From positions 600,001 through 632,000 of the forward strand of contig CP065004.1 in the NCBI GenBank assembly GCA_016700135.1: 32,000 nucleotides of DNA, written 5' to 3'. This document shows, piece after piece, positions 25,761 through 32,000 of the stretch (the stretch's first letter is position 1; each line of letters begins with the position of its first letter). The notes under the pieces are model-generated. The model was not told the DNA's origin. It saw only the letters and a list, made by a program, of their open reading frames with translations, and searched no databases. The DNA is from Candidatus Saccharimonadota bacterium (GTDB lineage Bacteria > Patescibacteriota > Microgenomatia > UBA1406 > GWC2-37-13). Both the position numbers and the translations under genes were made by a program.

Positions 25761-28700
25761 ATGAAAGTAAGGATTAAGCAAATAAAGAAACTACTGATTG
25801 ATTTTCTCCGAAAACGGAAAAGAACTGTCATGTTGGCAGGTGGAGGTTTGATTCTTGCTTTCATAATTATTGGATTTATTGATAAACAAATAGGTTTATT
25901 TAAGGCAAGTTCTTTGGATCCTGTCGCATACTGGAAATTTGATGAGGGATACGGTACGGCCGTGAATGATTCGTCAGGAAACGGAATGACCGGAACTCTG
26001 GGGACAGGTTCGTCTGCTCCTACATGGCAGGCTAAAGAGTATTGTATAAGTGAAAAGTGTTTGAAATTTGATGGGTCAGAAGATTATGTACAGCGGGCAG
26101 ATAATGCAGCCCTTGATATTGAAAGCGAACTTAGTATTTCGTTGTGGATTAAACCTACTACCCTCAATGGCGGTACGTACTATACGTTGGTGTATAAAGG
26201 GAACTCAACGAATGAAGCTAACTATTATCTTCAAATCTATGGAGATGAACTTAATTTCGGAAACTACCAAGCCGGATGGAAGGGCACGGCTACGACTGAT
26301 GCAAATATTCCGACAAATCAATGGACTCATGTGGCTATGACTTATTCAGATGCCTTAGATGATATCGATTTTTATGTCAACGGTATATTGAAGACGGATA
26401 ACGGACAGGACCATGACATGGTATTATCAGCAAACAATCAACCGTTTTACCTGGGTTCATCTGCTGCAGAGCTGGAATTCTATGAAGGATTTCTGGACGA
26501 AGTAAGGATATATTCATATGTACGTACTCCCGATCAGATAAAAATGGACTTTCAGGGAGGAGGATCTCATGGCTCAAGTATTCGGATAGGAGATGCTGAT
26601 TACAGTTTTTTGAGTCAGGGGCTGATCACTTATTGGAAAATGGACGAGGCAGGAGTTGATGCTGAAGGAGAGACTCTTTCCAACTCCTCAGGTACTTCTC
26701 ATAATATTACACTCTATGGAGATAATTCGACAGGAGACAACGGGACAGGAATGGATTGTACTGCAGAAGGTGTTTACGGTACGGGATGTCAGTTTGACGG
26801 AGTGGATGATTATGTAAATCTGAATAGATTTAATTACTTTGACGGAACGTCGGAGATGACGGTAAGTGTATGGATCAAACCCGACTTTACAACAACGGAG
26901 GCGAGTAATAGATATATTTGGGCAGTGTCGAATTTCAGTTTGATGTTCAATACCAATCAAGATGACTTTACTTTATCTATGAATCCGACGGGAGGAAGTC
27001 TCAACCTGAATACTTCAGGACTCACCTGGACCCAAAATACATGGCATCATATAGCAGCGACTTATAACGGGTCCCAAGCCATTATCTATTGGGATGGGGT
27101 AGCAGTCGCGACAGGTAATGCATCGGGAGTTCTCAACCCCTCAGGAGCAACAGAATATTTGGGAGCATTCAATACGACCAGTTACCATTGGCTCGGCGCA
27201 ATGGATGAAATCAGAACGTATCAAAGGGCACTTACTGCGCAGGAGATACAGTCACTCTATAATTGGTCTCCCGGACCTGTCGGTTATTGGAAACTGGATG
27301 AAGGTTCAGGCACTACTGTTTATGACAGCAGCGGCAACGGGAATAACTCCAGTGCTTGGTCCGGGAATACCAAATGGGTCCAGGGGAAATACGGTTCTGC
27401 AACATCGCACGACGGAAGCGGAGATCGGATCACGATTCCGAGTTCGACAACACTCGATTATCAACCGAAATATACTTGGTCAGCTTGGCTCAATCCCACA
27501 GCGGGGAGTTATGAAATATTTGATAAAGCCGCTGACACAAACAACGGATGGAAAATCGGATCGAATGGTAATAAATATGCACTCACAATTTATTATACCG
27601 GTGATGATTTGATGTGCACTGTGCCAGCTGTAAACATGACAGTCGGAGAATGGCAGCATATCGCCTGGACGTGGGATGGTACAACGAGTTGTACCGGTGT
27701 GAAATTTTATAAAAACGGGAACTTAATTTCTTTTGAATCCACTACATCTCCTACCGGTACACGAGAAGTTGATACCGGTAAACAAATTCTCATCGGCGGA
27801 AACGGATATACCGATTATCCCGGTTTGATTGATGATTTTAAAATCTACAACTACGTCAGGACACAGGAACAAATTCTTGAGGATATGAATGCCGGTCATC
27901 CCACCATCGGCACACCTGTCGGCTCAACGGTTCTGCACTTGAGGATGGATGAAGGATACGGAACGATTGCCCATGACAGTAGTCCTCAGGGCAATGACTC
28001 AACAATCAGCGGTTCTACTTGGACAAATGACGGAAAATCCGGAAAAGGAATGTCTTTCAACGGTACATCAGGGTATGTAAATGCAGGTTCGAATGAATCT
28101 CTCGATGATTTGTCGACAGTGACTGTCAGCGCCTGGATCTATCCTACAGGTTATGGGGAAGGCGGGTTCGGCAGAATTGTAAATAAGAGCAATACCAGCA
28201 ATACCAATTGGGCACTTACCCTTGTGAATGATTCTTCACAGCAAAGCATACGATTCTTTAAAGAGCGTGATACGGCATCAAATGCAACTCAGGTTACTGC
28301 TGCAAACGGTTCTATACAGCTGAATCGTTGGTATCATGTCGTCGGAGTATATGATGAAAGTGCCACTCCGCGCATGAAACTATTCATAGACGGAGTTGAA
28401 GCCTCATATGCCGAACAGATAGAAGGAACGGGTACGCCTGACACAGATGCCAGTTACAGTCTGACGGTTGGGAATCGCCTGGGTGGAGACAGGACATTTC
28501 AGGGTATCATTGATGAAGTCAAGATCTACCCTTTTGCTCTTACGGCAGAGCAAATTAAAATGGATCTTCAGGGAGGCAAGTCACTGGTTCTTGGTGCACA
28601 GAGCACCGGAGTAGGGGGGACATCTCCATCAAATTCATCCGACCGTTCATATTGTATACCCGGCGATACCTCTACCTGCAGTGCTCCCGTACTTGAACTT

Positions 28701-30104
28701 GATTTTGAAGAAGCAACGGGACAGACGGCATATGATACAAGTACGAACGGGAACAACGGTCAATTAGGCTCAGCCAGCGGAGTTGACAGTTCGGATCCAA
28801 CATGGGGACTCGGACCTGACCATATGGCCGGAAGTGCCGTAGAGCTGGATGGCACTGATGATTATGTTCGTGTTGCCGACTCTGCATCACTTGATTTTCA
28901 GAACGGAAGTATCTCAGTTAGTATGTGGGTTTATTGGAACGGGAGCAGTAATTACGAAAGGATTTTGAGTAAAGCCAATACGGGATCACCTTACCACGGT
29001 GATTTTTATTTACAAATTAACGGAGCCGAAAGTCCTCAAAAAATAATTGGCCGATTTAAAACAGGGTCAGGTACGAGTGAAAATCCAATAGTTGAGACTA
29101 CTACTGATTTCCCTACAAATCAATGGGTTTTTGTTTCTGCAACTTTTAATACAAATACAAATACCAGCAGGCTGTATATTAACGGGGCACTTATTGACGA
29201 GGATACATCGAGCACGGAAGAAATTGTAGACAATTCCGGATTCTTGTGCGTCGGATGTAACTCATCTTTTACATCCTCAAATTTTAACGGGAAAATCGAC
29301 AATGTAAGGATTTACGACTACGCCAGAACTCCCGCTCAAATAGCCTGGGAATACAGTAAAGGGGCACCAATTGCACATTATCGTCTGGATGAATGTCAGG
29401 GGACAACAGCCAATAACTCTGCATTCACACCCACGGGTACAGCGGGGAACAACGGGACAATAACTGCCGGATCCTCCGGCAACACTAGTGTCGGGACGTG
29501 TACGTCCGGAAGCGGCACGGAAATGTGGGCAAACGGAGCATCAGGTCAATGGGAGGCAAGCCTTGATTTTGATGAGGTAGACGATAGGCTGGTCATTCCT
29601 GATATGGATCTCGGACAGGAGTTTACGGTTTCATTTTGGTTCAACTCAGTTGACAATACCGGCACGGGATATCAATATATGTACAGTCATGGGACGATTC
29701 AGACCGCAAATTCACTCAATATTTACTTTAATGAAGATAGTAATGCCATCAATACTCCCGGCACCATCCTTGTGAGCATTATGGATAGCAATGATGGTAT
29801 CCCGCTCCTTTCTCAGGATGTAGAGACACAAATCGGATTATCTGACAGCACGTGGCATCATCTTGTGGTGACTGTTACCTCTTCAGGAACAAAGGCATAT
29901 ATTGACGGAGTCCAGCAGATTTCGTATACAAACGGAAATAATGGAATCAATCCTTCAGGCAGTATCTATATCGGTGCAAGAAATGATCTTAATGTGACTT
30001 GTTTTTATGACGGTAAACTCGATGATGTTCGTATTTATAACTATCCCTTAACCACAACTCAGATAAAGGAACTATATAAAGGCGGAGCGGTTGTTTTCAA
30101 GTGA
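25761..30104 (+). CDS. membrane-anchored protein with six LamG (Laminin_G_3 / concanavalin-A-like) domains
   Basis: 1447 aa with an N-terminal TM helix VMLAGGGLILAFIIIGFI. There are six modules. Each opens with (Y)W(K/R).DEG.G....D.SGNG and closes with (L/I)D(E/D)V(R/K)IY.Y.(R/L)T..QI. The closing motifs lie at about 26490, 27200, 27830, 28510, 29300 and 30020. Confidence 0.85.
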   Translation: MKVRIKQIKKLLIDFLRKRKRTVMLAGGGLILAFIIIGFIDKQIGLFKASSLDPVAYWKFDEGYGTAVNDSSGNGMTGTLGTGSSAPTWQAKEYCISEKCLKFDGSEDYVQRADNAALDIESELSISLWIKPTTLNGGTYYTLVYKGNSTNEANYYLQIYGDELNFGNYQAGWKGTATTDANIPTNQWTHVAMTYSDALDDIDFYVNGILKTDNGQDHDMVLSANNQPFYLGSSAAELEFYEGFLDEVRIYSYVRTPDQIKMDFQGGGSHGSSIRIGDADYSFLSQGLITYWKMDEAGVDAEGETLSNSSGTSHNITLYGDNSTGDNGTGMDCTAEGVYGTGCQFDGVDDYVNLNRFNYFDGTSEMTVSVWIKPDFTTTEASNRYIWAVSNFSLMFNTNQDDFTLSMNPTGGSLNLNTSGLTWTQNTWHHIAATYNGSQAIIYWDGVAVATGNASGVLNPSGATEYLGAFNTTSYHWLGAMDEIRTYQRALTAQEIQSLYNWSPGPVGYWKLDEGSGTTVYDSSGNGNNSSAWSGNTKWVQGKYGSATSHDGSGDRITIPSSTTLDYQPKYTWSAWLNPTAGSYEIFDKAADTNNGWKIGSNGNKYALTIYYTGDDLMCTVPAVNMTVGEWQHIAWTWDGTTSCTGVKFYKNGNLISFESTTSPTGTREVDTGKQILIGGNGYTDYPGLIDDFKIYNYVRTQEQILEDMNAGHPTIGTPVGSTVLHLRMDEGYGTIAHDSSPQGNDSTISGSTWTNDGKSGKGMSFNGTSGYVNAGSNESLDDLSTVTVSAWIYPTGYGEGGFGRIVNKSNTSNTNWALTLVNDSSQQSIRFFKERDTASNATQVTAANGSIQLNRWYHVVGVYDESATPRMKLFIDGVEASYAEQIEGTGTPDTDASYSLTVGNRLGGDRTFQGIIDEVKIYPFALTAEQIKMDLQGGKSLVLGAQSTGVGGTSPSNSSDRSYCIPGDTSTCSAPVLELDFEEATGQTAYDTSTNGNNGQLGSASGVDSSDPTWGLGPDHMAGSAVELDGTDDYVRVADSASLDFQNGSISVSMWVYWNGSSNYERILSKANTGSPYHGDFYLQINGAESPQKIIGRFKTGSGTSENPIVETTTDFPTNQWVFVSATFNTNTNTSRLYINGALIDEDTSSTEEIVDNSGFLCVGCNSSFTSSNFNGKIDNVRIYDYARTPAQIAWEYSKGAPIAHYRLDECQGTTANNSAFTPTGTAGNNGTITAGSSGNTSVGTCTSGSGTEMWANGASGQWEASLDFDEVDDRLVIPDMDLGQEFTVSFWFNSVDNTGTGYQYMYSHGTIQTANSLNIYFNEDSNAINTPGTILVSIMDSNDGIPLLSQDVETQIGLSDSTWHHLVVTVTSSGTKAYIDGVQQISYTNGNNGINPSGSIYIGARNDLNVTCFYDGKLDDVRIYNYPLTTTQIKELYKGGAVVFK

Positions 30105-30147
30105 TATTTCTTCTTGTTCCTTCGATCAAAAACAGGTAGAATGAAGT

Positions 30148-32000
30148 ATGCTGGGACGACTTTCTGTACTAAAAGTAGTAAGGTTAAAACTTTCTAAATT
30201 CTTTCGTTCGTTCATTTTGTCGCTCAAACGTATCCCTCACCTGCACAATAAAAGCGAATATAAAAAATTGCTCCGTTTACGGACAGCACTCATCGGTATA
30301 CTCGGTTTAATAATCGGTATATCTCTGGTGTCGGTATTTCTCCTGAAAGGAAGAGGTGCTTCGGCAAACTGGTATAACGACAATTGGAAGTATCGGAAAT
30401 CGGTTGCGCTTCCGAATCATACCGCTGAGGAAAGTAATGTGTTTATAACGATACCTATTGATACCGCGACTCTTATCAGTGCCGGTAAACTGCAGTCAGA
30501 TTGTGGAGATTTTCGATTTACCGATAATACAGGGAAATTGCTCGAGTACTATATATCTTCAGGCTGCAACACTTCTGATACAAAAATTGACGTAAATATG
30601 ACGACATATGGTGCGGGAAGTTTGGTTTTGCATGCATATTACGGGAACCCATTGGTTGAAAATGGCTTTAGCTTGACAGGATTCAGCACCAGTGCATCGA
30701 ACAATGCTGCAACGATAAATTTGCAGGTTAACGCGAGTGGGAATGACGGAGATACTCAGATTGCCGGAGATCTTGATAACTCGCTGACAAGAGCATTTAT
30801 TCCCATGGGTGTTTACAATGGGAATACCCATATGGCTGTTGTGCGATTCTTAGGCGCTTCTATTCCCCAAGGTACAACAATAACATCTGCTACGTTTACC
30901 CTGACAGGATTAAATACGTGGGATTGCGGGGGTTGCAGTATGGATTACATACTATTTGGTGAAGATGCTGATACAGCAACTGCATTAACATTAGATAATA
31001 TGAATAATCTGACTCCTACTACAGCTAACGCTACTTGGTCTCTGCCAAGTGTGGTGGCAGAGTCCGAATATAGCAAAGACGTGACTAGTATAATTCAGGA
31101 AATAGTAAGTAGAGGAGGGTGGTCCACCGGGAATGCAATATCTATTATACTCGCCGATAACGGGAGTGATTACGGAGAATGGCAGGAGTTCTATTCCTAT
31201 GACGGCAGTACTTCAAAAGCAGCAAAACTTTCAATCACATATTCATCAGGTGGAACACCAGCATTCGGCTCAGAGGAAATTGCCCCGGGTCCGGCAGCAT
31301 ACTGGAGATTTGACGAGGGATATGGGACGGGCGTGAATGATACGTCGGGGAATTCACAGACAGGAACCTTGGGCACGGGATCGTCTGCCCCGACATGGAG
31401 ATCCGAAGAATATTGCCAGAATGGAAGTTGTCTGCAGTTTGACGGCACAGACGATTATATCCAATGGGCTGATAGCAGCACCCTTGATATTGAGAATGAG
31501 CTCACAATATCACTCTGGGTCAAGCCGATTTCACTCCAGAGCTCCACATATTACACGTTAGTTTATAAAGGAAACTCAACTAATGAGGTTAATTATTACT
31601 TTCAATTGTATGGGGATGAACTTAACTTCGGTACATACCAATCAGGATGGAGAGGAACAAATACAACGAATGCTGATATCCAGACGAACCAATGGTCTCA
31701 TGTAGTCGTGACTTATTCAGATGCCTCTGATGATATTGATTTTTATGTTAACGGGATTTTGAAATCAGATGATGGTTTCAGTCATAATCTAGTGCTTTCC
31801 GCTGATAATCAGCCGTTTTATCTCGGCTCTTCTGCCGCTGATTTGGAATTTTATGACGGGTTTATGGATGAGGTCAAGATATATCCATATGTCAGATCTG
31901 CAGATGAGATAAAACAGGACTATTTATTTTCCGGTGCAAAAGGAGCAGCTGCGGTACTGGGGACACAGGATCGATCTTTTTTATCTGAAGGGTTGGTGGG
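30148..32000 (+). CDS. DUF2341 + LamG domain surface protein (3-prime end outside the window)
   Basis: This gene is not in the ORF track because no stop codon lies in the window. Hand translation of the frame from ATG 30148 is open to 32000. It has the TM helix ALIGILGLIIGISLVSVFLL. NWKYRKSVALPN...NVFITIPID...CGDFRFTDNTGKLLEYYI is the DUF2341 signature. From 31291 there is a LamG domain paralogous to the first LamG of the preceding gene. Confidence 0.8.
   Translation, partial: MLGRLSVLKVVRLKLSKFFRSFILSLKRIPHLHNKSEYKKLLRLRTALIGILGLIIGISLVSVFLLKGRGASANWYNDNWKYRKSVALPNHTAEESNVFITIPIDTATLISAGKLQSDCGDFRFTDNTGKLLEYYISSGCNTSDTKIDVNMTTYGAGSLVLHAYYGNPLVENGFSLTGFSTSASNNAATINLQVNASGNDGDTQIAGDLDNSLTRAFIPMGVYNGNTHMAVVRFLGASIPQGTTITSATFTLTGLNTWDCGGCSMDYILFGEDADTATALTLDNMNNLTPTTANATWSLPSVVAESEYSKDVTSIIQEIVSRGGWSTGNAISIILADNGSDYGEWQEFYSYDGSTSKAAKLSITYSSGGTPAFGSEEIAPGPAAYWRFDEGYGTGVNDTSGNSQTGTLGTGSSAPTWRSEEYCQNGSCLQFDGTDDYIQWADSSTLDIENELTISLWVKPISLQSSTYYTLVYKGNSTNEVNYYFQLYGDELNFGTYQSGWRGTNTTNADIQTNQWSHVVVTYSDASDDIDFYVNGILKSDDGFSHNLVLSADNQPFYLGSSAADLEFYDGFMDEVKIYPYVRSADEIKQDYLFSGAKGAAAVLGTQDRSFLSEGLV

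Noticed and set aside
10491-29302. Antisense and alternative-frame ORFs inside the large genes (for example 10491..10949-, 12958..13419-, 15363..15824-, 18498..18974-, 26688..26960-, 27118..27612+, 5865..6200+, 2831..3106-)
   Set aside because: These are shadow ORFs of strongly supported genes on the other strand or in another frame. Their sequences are low-complexity and carry no motifs.
9793-32000. Prophage or phage tail module
   Set aside because: Only fibre-type and chaperone-type domains are present. There is no capsid, portal, terminase, tube, sheath, baseplate, lysis, integrase or att-like flanking repeat. The proteins carry N-terminal membrane anchors, which phage fibres lack.

Overview
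This 32-kb window comes from a low-GC bacterial genome whose start codons lack Shine-Dalgarno sequences. The gene content and the giant LamG and fibre proteins suggest a Patescibacteria/CPR-like organism, but that is inference only.

**Part 1 (1-9.0 kb): ordinary housekeeping genes.**
- fmt (-)
- a small membrane protein (-)
- rho (+, reading frame broken once)
- a CsoR/FrmR-family repressor
- trxB
- glutamate dehydrogenase
- a LysM-LysM-M23 peptidase
- a small membrane protein
- a PaaX-family regulator (-)

**Part 2 (9.0-32 kb): an accessory island, all on the plus strand.** Its membrane-anchored surface proteins are built from phage tail-fibre and tailspike parts, yet no other phage genes are present.
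- a 538-aa fibre protein with a Peptidase_G2-IMC-like C-terminus
- an O-antigen-ligase (Wzy_C)-TPR membrane protein
- a small protein carrying a paralogous G2-like module
- a fibre gene of about 10.8 kb (MerR-type HTH, TM helix, repeat fibre, Peptidase_S74 chaperone domain)
- a 1447-aa protein with six LamG domains
- a DUF2341-LamG protein that runs off the window

**Frame breaks.** The middle of the giant fibre gene (20.75-24.38 kb) carries more than two dozen small frame breaks, many at short homopolymers, while its flanks are clean. Two further isolated 1-nt breaks (in rho and in the 13754 gene) point to residual indel errors in the assembly. I therefore treat these breaks as probable artefacts rather than proven pseudogenes, and I flag the biological alternatives.

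I recognised no rRNA, tRNA, CRISPR array, transposase, integrase or reverse transcriptase.
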